In this document: one piece after another, positions 41,154 to 50,050 of the stretch
Layout: every line of letters begins with the position of its first letter
Position numbering within the stretch: position 1 is the first letter of the stretch
Assembly (NCBI GenBank): GCA_964419095.1
Contig: CAYQOG010000002.1
Location: 1 to 50,356 of the forward strand
DNA: 50,356 nt
Reading direction: 5' to 3'
DNA from: Candidatus Micrarchaeota archaeon
Lineage (GTDB): Archaea; Micrarchaeota; Micrarchaeia; Micrarchaeales; CABMGC01
The notes under the pieces: model-generated
Seen by the model: the letters and a program-made list of their open reading frames with translations, nothing else
Databases searched by the model: none
Told to the model about the DNA's origin: nothing
Program-made: the position numbers and the translations under genes

Positions 41154-42155
41154 ATGGGAATTCGTAGTCCTACTTCTGCATACAGGGAAGCCATGAAAGG
41201 CGTTCACCCTGACATTCCCGAGGGAAGGAAGTCCGAGAGCAGGATAGAGAGGAGCACCCTTGCACTCACGCTACTCCTGAGGGACAGGTTCGCGCCTCTA
41301 TGCCAGGATCTTGCATCGCAGATAAAGGGCATGGACGACTCTGAGATACGACGAATCCATCCTCCCGGCGCAGTAGGGGAGTTAAGGTACAGCATCGCGC
41401 CTTCCGTGGATCTTGCCGCATTGGGAAACCCTGATACGGGGCGCTACACCAAATACTATGCGCCACTGCAACGTCCGCGCGGAGGCCTTCCTACAGGCAT
41501 AATCCACATGACTCCGGTAGGCGCGTATGGTCCGGAATTCACAATGCACCTGCTGGAGACAACGCGCAAGATGCTCGAAATCACCTCGGAAGTCTCCAGA
41601 GAAGGCGCAAGGCAGCTCTACGTCGAGGAACGGGAGCTGATATGCAGGGAGACAAGCCTCAGCAATCCATTCTCCACGCTCCAGGACGGCATAGTCTCCA
41701 TAGCAAATGGCTTTTCGCTGCTCATGGCAGAGCGCGTACCCGGATTTGAGAAACCGTTCCATGCGATGGTGACCATACAAGAGGCATCGCTCCTAAACCA
41801 GCTCTCGCTAATCACTCCTTTCGGGCTCATAGGTCCGTTCATGGCATCCGGCCTCTATGTCAAAGGCCTGGTCGTCTCAAACGGCAACGGAAGACTCAGG
41901 CTGAACACTGAATTTGTAAGGGCCATGCACGAGGCCAGGAGGAGCAGGAAGGAGCACCGCAAGCCACTGAACTGGATGGAAGATGCAAGCGGCATAGACC
42001 TGGGCCATGGCTGTCCAGTCGGAAGGAAGAGATCAGGAGAGGATGAGACTGCAATACATTCCTTAACAGAAGCATTCCTTCATGTATTCAGGGCAGTGCA
42101 GGGGCTGCGGCAGAATAATCCCCTCGGGAATCAATCGTTGCCTGGCGGTCTATGA
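41154..42155 (+). CDS. hypothetical protein, paralogue 2 (333 aa)
   Basis: LLLRDRFAPLC, PVGAYG, TSLSNP, DGIVSIA, FSLLMAERVPGFEKP, QLSLITPFGLIGP, YVKGLVV, GCPVGRK and LTEAFLHVFR. Confidence 0.7.
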   Translation: MGIRSPTSAYREAMKGVHPDIPEGRKSESRIERSTLALTLLLRDRFAPLCQDLASQIKGMDDSEIRRIHPPGAVGELRYSIAPSVDLAALGNPDTGRYTKYYAPLQRPRGGLPTGIIHMTPVGAYGPEFTMHLLETTRKMLEITSEVSREGARQLYVEERELICRETSLSNPFSTLQDGIVSIANGFSLLMAERVPGFEKPFHAMVTIQEASLLNQLSLITPFGLIGPFMASGLYVKGLVVSNGNGRLRLNTEFVRAMHEARRSRKEHRKPLNWMEDASGIDLGHGCPVGRKRSGEDETAIHSLTEAFLHVFRAVQGLRQNNPLGNQSLPGGL

Positions 42156-42162
42156 GAAAACC

Positions 42163-42171
42163 TATTTATAA
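42163..42171 (+). promoter_or_regulatory. TATA box (TATTTATAA) for paralogue 3
   Basis: The context is GAAAACCTATTTATAAGGA, ending 29 nt before the ATG at 42201. Confidence 0.55.
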
Positions 42172-42200
42172 GGAGCGGCTCAACAAGAATCAAGATTCAT

Positions 42201-43124
42201 ATGCGCCAGAGAGCCCGCAGCTACACGGAGGCGTTGGAGGGACCTCCGGAGAAAAGGCTTCGCGACATAACCATGCTCCTCAGGGACAAGTTGAGCCAGC
42301 TCTGCTTCGACTTGGAGCTCCATGTAAAGGCAATGGATCCCGCGCTCATAAGCTCTCTGCCTGGCACAACCGCGCTGAAGAAGGTGAGTTACTGCCATTC
42401 GCCAGGCGCCGAGGAAGACTATATGGGCATTTTGAAGACGAAGGCAGTCAACTTCACCGAGTATTACTCCGGGGCGCCTCCTATCGAGCTCGGCATACCA
42501 CGGACCACATTCATCAACGTGCCTATAGGCTATTACGGCGAACAATTCGCCAGGCAGCTTGCCATGGCTACGGGAACGCTGCTCTGGGTGTGCCACGAAA
42601 GGCTCGATGCGTCTATCTCCAGGACACATTCGGCCAACCGCGAGCTGATGCGTGGAAACACGAGCCTGAACGATCCTTACAGGACCATGATGGACGGCAT
42701 ACTCTCGGTAAAGGATGCCTACTCGCTGCTAATGGCGGAGAGGCTGCCCGGCTTCGATGAGCCATTGGCATGCATGGATGCCTTGCACCGGGCTGGCATG
42801 CTCAATCAGCTCTCCATGCTCACGCGGTTCGGATTCCTGGGACCTGCAACCAGGATGGGCATATATGTCAAGGGCCTAGTCTCCGTTTCCAAGACTGACA
42901 GGTTCAGGCTTGACAGGGACTTCGTGAACACGATGGAGAGACACAGGAGGAATCCTAATTCGGGCATCAACAGGTACACAGAAGGCTGTCCCGTCGGCAG
43001 GAGAATGGAGGACGAGTCGCAGACAGGGGTCGAGGCGGTGACCGAGGCTTTCATACACGCGTTCAGGGCTCTGAGCTATGGACCTTCCGGATCTGCTCTT
43101 GCAACAAAGTATCGGCACAGTTAG
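42201..43124 (+). CDS. hypothetical protein, paralogue 3 (307 aa, most divergent)
   Basis: MLLRDKLSQLC, PIGYYG, TSLNDP, DGILSV, YSLLMAERLPGFDEP, QLSMLTRFGFLGP, YVKGLVSV, GCPVGRR and VTEAFIHAFR. Confidence 0.7.
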   Translation: MRQRARSYTEALEGPPEKRLRDITMLLRDKLSQLCFDLELHVKAMDPALISSLPGTTALKKVSYCHSPGAEEDYMGILKTKAVNFTEYYSGAPPIELGIPRTTFINVPIGYYGEQFARQLAMATGTLLWVCHERLDASISRTHSANRELMRGNTSLNDPYRTMMDGILSVKDAYSLLMAERLPGFDEPLACMDALHRAGMLNQLSMLTRFGFLGPATRMGIYVKGLVSVSKTDRFRLDRDFVNTMERHRRNPNSGINRYTEGCPVGRRMEDESQTGVEAVTEAFIHAFRALSYGPSGSALATKYRHS

Positions 43125-43481
43125 TCAGAGGAGCTTGAGCCCCGAGGTAAAGGCGTCTATCTCGCTTCCTTTCCAAGGCCCTATCCCCAAAGCGGTGAAA
43201 GTTCCGGGAGGGAGTTGGGTGAGACCCGCATCGCTGACCAGTGCGCACGGTATCTTCTTGTAGTTGAAAGCGGCAGCGAGCTTCTTCAACGCCTCCTCAT
43301 TCTGCACCTTGAGCACTATCTTCTTCTCGCCGGCCCTTATCCACGCGTCGGCAACTTTAGGGTCGGCCTGCTTCGCCTCGAGGTAGCTCATCAGCGAGGC
43401 GTGAGCTCCCTGTGCCACTGTCTTCCCCGTGCCCATGGTTATGTCCTTCCTTATGACTATGACCTGCTTGAGCTCCTCCAT
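43125..43481 (-). CDS. pth2: peptidyl-tRNA hydrolase, archaeal type (Pth2)
   Basis: 118 aa. KQVIVIRKDITMGTGKTVAQGAHAS...SDAGLTQLPPGTFTALGIGP is the Pth2 signature. Confidence 0.9.
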   Translation of the reverse strand: MEELKQVIVIRKDITMGTGKTVAQGAHASLMSYLEAKQADPKVADAWIRAGEKKIVLKVQNEEALKKLAAAFNYKKIPCALVSDAGLTQLPPGTFTALGIGPWKGSEIDAFTSGLKLL

Positions 43482-43803
43482 GAATAGGCTTTCAAGAGGA
43501 GAATCTATTTAATTGCATCGGTGGCTGCGAAGCGTACCAGTTCATTTTATATATTCTATTGCAGCAATAGGTTTAGGTATATGCAATGGGCAACGTGAAT
43601 CGTCTAACCGGTTTGATACGTCAATCGTTGAACGAATCCGGTTCCGCGTGTGAAAATAGCCTGAAATTACGCTTCCTAGAGAAGTCAGGCACTACAAATG
43701 ACGAACAAAACGTAGGCATCTGCATAAATAAAGTTAAACATAACGCAGGGTTTATAAGCTTAACATTTGCTATGATAACCACAGAATTGTATTAAGTGAT
43801 AGA

Positions 43804-46773
43804 ATGAAAAGTCTAAACGCGAAGAGAATAGCCGCTGTAGCGGCCAGTTTGGTAATGGGTCTTGCAGTTGCAGGAGCGGGCGTCACATTTGGTAACGTAC
43901 CGATAATAAACAACCTGGGACAGCCGGTAGTGCAGATCGTAGTCGGTCATGCAGCATGGCCTGAGGACGGTGTAACTGCGGCAAACATTGCGGCAGTCAT
44001 CGGAAACCTTGCGCTAACTACGCAGAACGTCACTGCAACCGTATCCAACGCCGGCTCGGTATTGAGCTGCGGCGGAACGCCTACGTGCACGATAACGAAC
44101 CAGCAGGTCTGGCTAGGAGAGAAGGGACTGTCAGCCCCATCGGGATCATATGGATTCACAGCGCTGATAGGATCAGTTCTCAACAGGGCAGTCCAATTGA
44201 ACGCACCTCAATATACTAAGTCGTTGCAGACATCTTCAGCGCAATACGCATACCCGGAGACGAGCTCATTGACAGCATCACCTGCTGCAAGCCCGTACTC
44301 GGCTGCAGGAGGATTCTCAAGCGGCGGTGTGCCTACATCTGCTTCAGTAGTATATAACTATAATGGAGGCGGAGCATCATTCACCAAGTTCGGAAACGGC
44401 GGAAGCGACAACATCTTCGAGATAACAAACTCGCAGTTGCCAGCATTGCAGAGCAACTCCGGCGGCAATGGCGAAACAGACTCGCTCTGGCTGACAGGCT
44501 TCCCTGTATTCAACCAGCAGTCAGGCGTGAACAACTTCCAGCTGCTTGACGTGGGCGGCGCATACCAGGTAACGTTCTCAAAGCCTATACAGAACACGAC
44601 TAGCTCGAATTCTGTTAACATAAACGTACCAATAAACCTATTGGGAACGAACTGGACAATAGTCAATGCAACAGGAAAGCCGACAGTAGTAACAAGCCAG
44701 GCTGTCGAGAACGGCGGATTCCTATGGCTGGCCTCGTCACTGACTCCACTCAAGACGGTCTACGTGGGACAGAACGTCTCAAACTCGACTGTGGGCGGAT
44801 TCAACGTACAGCTGACAGACTTGGGACAGCCCAATTCGAACGGATTGTCAAACGCAGCCATAAACGTCTACTACAATGGCGCATTGACAAACACGACGCA
44901 GATGGCACCGTACTCGACGCAGAAGTTCAATGTCACGGGACACATACTCTATGTGCACGTGAACCAGACATTCGCAGGTTTGTACGCATACCAGAAGTGG
45001 GCCAAGATGCAGCTCTACTCCAACCTGGTCTTTGTAAAGGACAACTCGCCTTTCAACCAGACTGGAGACAAGGGATGGCAGGTCAACTTGCTCTGGACAA
45101 ACACATCTTCAAGCGGAAAGGGAGATGCGCTCCAAAGCATAGTGATCTACAACCTCTCGCCTACGACATTGTCGCCTGGACAGAGTTTCGTATTCATACC
45201 AAACCCTGCCAGATACAAAGTGACCTTCGTGGGAGACACGCTTGGTAACAACTACGACCCTGTTACGTTTGCTTCGAGCTTCGCATCAGGCGAGCAGTAC
45301 ACCGACAACCTCGGTACTGGAGCATCATACGCGGGATCGCAGGGACCATCAGTTACAAACGTAACTGAACCGGCTCAGCTGCTCACTGTGACAAGCCAGA
45401 TACCTAACGCATTCACATATGCGGGTACCTCAAGCAGCAGCGTGGTCTATGACCTTACGCCATACCTCTTCAACCAGGTAGCAAACTCTGTTGGAGCAGG
45501 AGGCAACGCGAACGAAGTAGTCCTTGCTTACACTGTCAACGGAGTAGCAGGCTCATACATAACCCAAACGCACCAACTGCAAGTGCAGGTACAGGGAGCT
45601 GCAAGCAACGGCGGAGCGGTGCAGTCTGAATCGGTGACATTCACGTCGAATGCACAGGCGCAGACGCTGCCTACGGCATTGTACAACGTTACGAGCATAA
45701 AGCTGATACCGACAGGACCTCTGCCTCCGGGATCGCTGACATTGGCAGTGCAGGGCCCAACAGCCGCTGGAAACGTACTCGTTACCGCAAACAACCTTGC
45801 TACGCTGACAAACGCGGCAGGACCTACTGTGCTGTACTCGGTTTCAGGCAAGTCATACCCATTCGAGGAGCTTACCTCAGGAAACTCGGTCAACTACAAC
45901 CAGCCGGGACAGGCGTCGCAGCAGTTCTCGATATCGTCGACTTCAGGCGCGCCTTCTCCAGGAACGGGAGCAGGGCAGTACTTCACGTACACCGTCAACG
46001 AGCTTGCCGTAGCGACTAACAGCCTTGCAACGGACTCGCTAAGCTTCGGTATCTTCAACAACACGGGTGGAGTGACCTCACAGCCGCTCTTCCAGTTGAA
46101 CTACACGGCAACAGGAGCGCAGCACAACAACGTCTCGTACACCAACTCGAGCGGCGGATCAGCATTCGCCGTCAGGGCAGGATTCAGGACGGAGCGCGGC
46201 AGCTCAGTTGCATCGGTAGGACCGACAACGGATACCTTCAACTTGGCCAAGACCGTAGACACGCTGCAATTCGTGGCAGGGCCTGCAACAACGTCGTCCA
46301 ACACCGCACTCTCAACGACTACGAACTATGGTCCATACACCGTAGGCCAGCAGACCAACATCGCCAACGTGACGATAGCACAGGTTAACGCAACCTGCAC
46401 GTTCTCGAAGACCACTTGCACAGTGGTTGGAGCGAACGCGCTCGTAGCAACACCTTCTGTCTCGCAGGCAGTGGTCTCAAGCCACCTGAACACGGTGACC
46501 ACGCCAATCGCAGTGCTCGACGTCAATGCAAACAACGCTTCATCGCTCATAGTAGTGGGAAGCGCGTACGTGAACTCTGTCGCAGGACAGATATTCGCGA
46601 ACAACCCTCAGTTTGCATCGAGCTTCGACAATGGCGGAGCAAGCGGGCCTAACGCGGTAACAGTGCAGGCATTCGGGAACAAGATACTGGTCGCGGGATA
46701 CACGGCAAACCAGACCGTGACTGCAGGAAACCAGTTCATAACCCAACTCCTCGCTGCTGCGGGTACGAAGTAA
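43804..46773 (+). CDS. large secreted surface (S-layer-type) glycoprotein, no membrane anchor
   Basis: 989 aa with Sec-type signal MKSLNAKRIAAVAASLVMGLAVAGAG. It is strongly rich in Thr/Ser/Asn/Gly/Val, has dozens of N-x-S/T sequons and very few charged residues, and lacks a C-terminal TM. It has a long upstream region, a TATA (TTTATAAG) and a strong terminator. Confidence 0.78.
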   Translation: MKSLNAKRIAAVAASLVMGLAVAGAGVTFGNVPIINNLGQPVVQIVVGHAAWPEDGVTAANIAAVIGNLALTTQNVTATVSNAGSVLSCGGTPTCTITNQQVWLGEKGLSAPSGSYGFTALIGSVLNRAVQLNAPQYTKSLQTSSAQYAYPETSSLTASPAASPYSAAGGFSSGGVPTSASVVYNYNGGGASFTKFGNGGSDNIFEITNSQLPALQSNSGGNGETDSLWLTGFPVFNQQSGVNNFQLLDVGGAYQVTFSKPIQNTTSSNSVNINVPINLLGTNWTIVNATGKPTVVTSQAVENGGFLWLASSLTPLKTVYVGQNVSNSTVGGFNVQLTDLGQPNSNGLSNAAINVYYNGALTNTTQMAPYSTQKFNVTGHILYVHVNQTFAGLYAYQKWAKMQLYSNLVFVKDNSPFNQTGDKGWQVNLLWTNTSSSGKGDALQSIVIYNLSPTTLSPGQSFVFIPNPARYKVTFVGDTLGNNYDPVTFASSFASGEQYTDNLGTGASYAGSQGPSVTNVTEPAQLLTVTSQIPNAFTYAGTSSSSVVYDLTPYLFNQVANSVGAGGNANEVVLAYTVNGVAGSYITQTHQLQVQVQGAASNGGAVQSESVTFTSNAQAQTLPTALYNVTSIKLIPTGPLPPGSLTLAVQGPTAAGNVLVTANNLATLTNAAGPTVLYSVSGKSYPFEELTSGNSVNYNQPGQASQQFSISSTSGAPSPGTGAGQYFTYTVNELAVATNSLATDSLSFGIFNNTGGVTSQPLFQLNYTATGAQHNNVSYTNSSGGSAFAVRAGFRTERGSSVASVGPTTDTFNLAKTVDTLQFVAGPATTSSNTALSTTTNYGPYTVGQQTNIANVTIAQVNATCTFSKTTCTVVGANALVATPSVSQAVVSSHLNTVTTPIAVLDVNANNASSLIVVGSAYVNSVAGQIFANNPQFASSFDNGGASGPNAVTVQAFGNKILVAGYTANQTVTAGNQFITQLLAAAGTK

Positions 46774-46799
46774 AGGTAGCAAACAGCTGATTAAAAAAA

Positions 46800-46835
46800 G
46801 GGAGCCGTTTTGGCTCCCCTTTTTCTTTTTATTTT
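46800..46835 (+). terminator. stem-loop plus T-tract terminator after the S-layer gene
   Basis: GGGAGCC-GTTTT-GGCTCCC (7-bp perfect stem) is followed by CTTTTTCTTTTTATTTT, and is preceded by an A-run (bidirectional look). Confidence 0.65.
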
Positions 46836-46966
46836 ATCAATGCTTCAGCGGGAGCAATGCCTATTTCTCTTTCTCCTCTGCGAATTGACGTCGTAAAAAG
46901 CAGCGCGGTCTTCACGAAGCAACTAGATACATTTAAATAAGTTCCTGACGAATAAGGAGTGATTGG

Positions 46967-49090
46967 ATGCTAAAATCGGCGACAATAGCGTCACTCGTAT
47001 TCGCAATCATGCTCGCAGGCACGGCAAACGCTGCATCTAACAGCATCGTCACGCTGCTGCAGAACTACTCCGTGCCAACCTCCCTGATAAACAGCCTCAG
47101 CCAGGTCAACATAACCTACAACGGCACGAATTACGCGGCCCTCTACGGCAGCGGAGGGGCGCTCAACTTCGTGGTCAACATAAAGGCAGGTACCTTTGTG
47201 CTGAGCCAGAATACGATCTTCTCGATAATACGCAATTACACTGTGCAGAACAGCTACGGCAAGTCGAACCTGAGCGCAGTGGCGGCTTCAATGCACAGCT
47301 ACATGGCTACCGCATCGGCACCGCTCGCAGACTGCGTGGCGGAATCTGGCCTCGCCAACCCCGGCGCATCGTGCACAGAGGCCAACTTCTGCCAGGCGTG
47401 CAAGACCGTCTCATACTGCAACAAGGTGCTCAACGAAGTGGGAGGGCCGCAGTCTCCTGTGGGATACGGGTTCGTCAACTTCGACAGCAACTACACGCAC
47501 CTCAATGCCAATCTCAGCAGCTTCTTCAACGCCATAAATTCAGTGACCCCGGGCAACATCAATACCTCGTTCTCGCTCATCAATTCCTCATTCCAGAACA
47601 TCTCCAGGATAACGCAGAAGATATGGCAGAATCCGATCTTCCCTGCCACTGGAAACACCACCGCAGACCAGGTCTCCAAATGCGTAGGCTTCGGCGCATC
47701 AACATCGAACACCGCGCTCTCGGGAGCTCCATGGTACTGCAACTCCGTTGAATTCTGCCCGTACCTCACTGTCAGGGACAGCCTGAACCAGCCTACTTAC
47801 CGCGGCGATGGATTCAACTACACCGTTCTCAATGAGATAAGCGCGATGATCAGCACGTCTGCGGCGCTGCCATTCAGCAATTCACAGATAGAATCGATAG
47901 CGGCAAACGCAAACACGACGACAAGCCAGTACATAGCGCCGCAGGTCACGAAGCAGAGGTCATCCGCGCTCAACACCATCCTCGACACATCGCTCTCCGG
48001 ATACAACACAACAGTCTATGCATCGAATGTGCTGCTTACTCATATAAACAACGCCTCTTTTGCAAGCGCGCTTGCCGCGCTGAAGAGCAATTATTCCATC
48101 CTGACAACACAATACCTCAGCATAAACATAACCAGGCAGGCCGTGATAGTGGCGAACCAGCTCTCGTCTCTATCATCATCGTACAAGAGGACAAACGCCT
48201 CTTATTCGGCGCTTGTGGCCGAGTCACAGAACAACACGGGCACCATAGTCGTTCTCCAGCTCGACGGCAATTCGGGCAACGCTGCGCTCAGCAGTCTCGC
48301 CTTCAGGGAACTCAGGATCAATGCCGGCCTATCCGGCAAGGTCTCAAACACGATATCCGTGAAGGTGCAGCTCGATTCGGTTAAATCGGGACTGAGCACC
48401 ATAGGCTCAGGCGAGAATCCTGCGGTATCGCTTTCAAGGTCACTGGGAGGATCTGCAGCTAGGTCCATAAACCCGAGCATAAGCCTTCCTTACATTGCAG
48501 CTGTGGCAATTTCTCCGTTCACTGCCTCGATACCCGCGATAATAATAGGCATTGTGGGGTTGGTAGCGGTATTGATCATCTACATACTCTCGAACAGGAA
48601 GAAGCAGGCTACCATAGGCAGCCAGAAGCAGAAGCATTGGCTGGGCCGCAAGACGCTTGCGCTCATCGCGATTGTCCTGGTACTCTACATGGTCATTTCA
48701 GTAGCACTCTCATTCGGCGACAACGGCAGCGCTCCAATAAGCGCCTTCAATTCCGCGCTCTCCTCGTCGCAGGATGTTGTTGTGGCGCTCAACGGCACGC
48801 AGACAAACGGCATGCTCTCATGCTATTCCCAGATACAAACCAAGCTCAAGGGACTGGGCAAGAGCATACTCAATGTCCAGATGTCCGGAGGCAAGTGCAC
48901 CGTCTCAAATACCACATTGACCACTGACGAGTGCATGAACAGCTATGCTGCAAGGAACATCCCCGTCATAATGCTTACAAACTCATCATCAAGCGGCATA
49001 ACGGCATACTCCTTCTACGGCACTGTGCTCCAGGAGAGCGGCAATTCGAGCACACTGGCAAAATGCACTGCGGCGCAGGTAATAGGTTAA
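46967..49090 (+). CDS. secreted, membrane-anchored glycoprotein (candidate S-layer anchor/partner)
   Basis: 707 aa. It has the signal MLKSATIASLVFAIMLAGTANA, a ~500 aa sequon-rich ectodomain, and TM helices IPAIIIGIVGLVAVLIIYIL and LALIAIVLVLYMVISVALSF. A 123-aa, 4-Cys C-terminal domain follows. AAGGAGTGAT SD and a TATA (CATTTAAATAAG) lie upstream. Confidence 0.75.
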   Translation: MLKSATIASLVFAIMLAGTANAASNSIVTLLQNYSVPTSLINSLSQVNITYNGTNYAALYGSGGALNFVVNIKAGTFVLSQNTIFSIIRNYTVQNSYGKSNLSAVAASMHSYMATASAPLADCVAESGLANPGASCTEANFCQACKTVSYCNKVLNEVGGPQSPVGYGFVNFDSNYTHLNANLSSFFNAINSVTPGNINTSFSLINSSFQNISRITQKIWQNPIFPATGNTTADQVSKCVGFGASTSNTALSGAPWYCNSVEFCPYLTVRDSLNQPTYRGDGFNYTVLNEISAMISTSAALPFSNSQIESIAANANTTTSQYIAPQVTKQRSSALNTILDTSLSGYNTTVYASNVLLTHINNASFASALAALKSNYSILTTQYLSINITRQAVIVANQLSSLSSSYKRTNASYSALVAESQNNTGTIVVLQLDGNSGNAALSSLAFRELRINAGLSGKVSNTISVKVQLDSVKSGLSTIGSGENPAVSLSRSLGGSAARSINPSISLPYIAAVAISPFTASIPAIIIGIVGLVAVLIIYILSNRKKQATIGSQKQKHWLGRKTLALIAIVLVLYMVISVALSFGDNGSAPISAFNSALSSSQDVVVALNGTQTNGMLSCYSQIQTKLKGLGKSILNVQMSGGKCTVSNTTLTTDECMNSYAARNIPVIMLTNSSSSGITAYSFYGTVLQESGNSSTLAKCTAAQVIG

Positions 49091-49094
49091 TAGC

Positions 49095-49700
49095 ATGGCA
49101 GAAACTAAGTCAAAAAAGCCAAAGGCAGAAGCAAAGGCAAATCCAAATTCTCCAAAGCCGGCAAGGCAGGAGCATGCCGAGAGGCCGGAAGCAAAGGAAT
49201 CCTCTGAAAGGGAATCAAAGCAGAGTCCTGTATACCTTGCAGTTGGAATAATCGCGGTACTGGCAATAATCGTGGCAGCGGTATTCTACTTCCTCGTGCC
49301 CGGAGTGGCGGGAGTGCCCTTTGCCACATTCAAGTCAAATTTCCAGGCCGCTCCGCGGGTCGCGCTTGCGATAACATACCTCAATGAAAGCCAGTATGTG
49401 GCAGAGGTCCCCTGCTATACCACTATGCTCGAGATAATCGCCAGGACGAGGAACGCGAGCACCATAGACTTTTTGCTGCTTAACCAGACAAAGTGCGAGT
49501 ACTCTCCCACAGGCCTGGGATCCGCGGCCAGTTTCACGACGGCAAATGCGAGCTCCTGCATACAGATAGCGAACAACGAGCCGAGCATCTTCATGAACTA
49601 CAGCGCTACCAATTACACCAAGGTCGCGCAGGACCATCTCTACATAGGAGCAGACTTCAACTACCTGGCAAGCTGCCCTATAGCCGCAGAGTTCGGCTGA
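49095..49700 (+). CDS. type II membrane protein with a 4-Cys ectodomain related to the C-terminus of the preceding protein
   Basis: 201 aa. It has a Lys/Glu/Pro-rich N-tail, the TM helix VYLAVGIIAVLAIIVAAVFYFLV, and an ectodomain with Cys spacing and flanking residues alignable to 48719-49087. It starts 4 nt after the upstream stop. Confidence 0.65.
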   Translation: MAETKSKKPKAEAKANPNSPKPARQEHAERPEAKESSERESKQSPVYLAVGIIAVLAIIVAAVFYFLVPGVAGVPFATFKSNFQAAPRVALAITYLNESQYVAEVPCYTTMLEIIARTRNASTIDFLLLNQTKCEYSPTGLGSAASFTTANASSCIQIANNEPSIFMNYSATNYTKVAQDHLYIGADFNYLASCPIAAEFG

Positions 49701-49718
49701 TATCCTTCATGCGGCTGA

Positions 49719-49988
49719 TCAGAGAGTTATCCCAATAAGCCTTAGTATAACAATTATGGCCACTCCCGGAAGCCCGAGGATCGCAGTTATTATTATCACG
49801 AGCCAGTCCCATGGGATTGCGAGGCTGAATACCGCATTTAGCACGAAAATGGAGATGAAGCCAAGTACCACGTTCAGTATTAGGCCGAAAAGGAATTTGC
49901 CAAGCTTGAAGATTACGTAGATAACGAGCAGTATCGCAATTATTACGAGAATCTCGGACAGCAGCCCGGTTCCCAATCCCACGACCAT
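49719..49988 (-). CDS. small membrane protein, BofA-like
   Basis: 89 aa. LILNVVLGFISIFVLNAVFSLAIPWDWLVIIITAILGLPGVAIIVIL resembles the BofA-family core (..N..LG....F.LN......I..N......V..LG.PGV..L). Confidence 0.55.
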   Translation of the reverse strand: MVVGLGTGLLSEILVIIAILLVIYVIFKLGKFLFGLILNVVLGFISIFVLNAVFSLAIPWDWLVIIITAILGLPGVAIIVILRLIGITL

Positions 49989-50050
49989 TCAATCTACCGA
50001 TAATAGATTGCATCTGGGGTTTTTAAAGCAGAAGGTGGTGCTAAGGCTCT

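Noticed and set aside
42152-42760. 202-aa plus-strand ORF overlapping paralogue 3 in another frame (and 10411-10896 minus, off-frame within dedA).
   Set aside because: These are off-frame ORFs with Arg/Gly/His-rich translations. The competing frames carry conserved family motifs.
43586-43795. 69-aa ORF in the long upstream region of the S-layer gene.
   Set aside because: It has no SD or properly spaced TATA, and the composition is unremarkable. It runs across the predicted S-layer promoter (TTTATAAG at about 43750). It is probably non-coding leader or promoter DNA.
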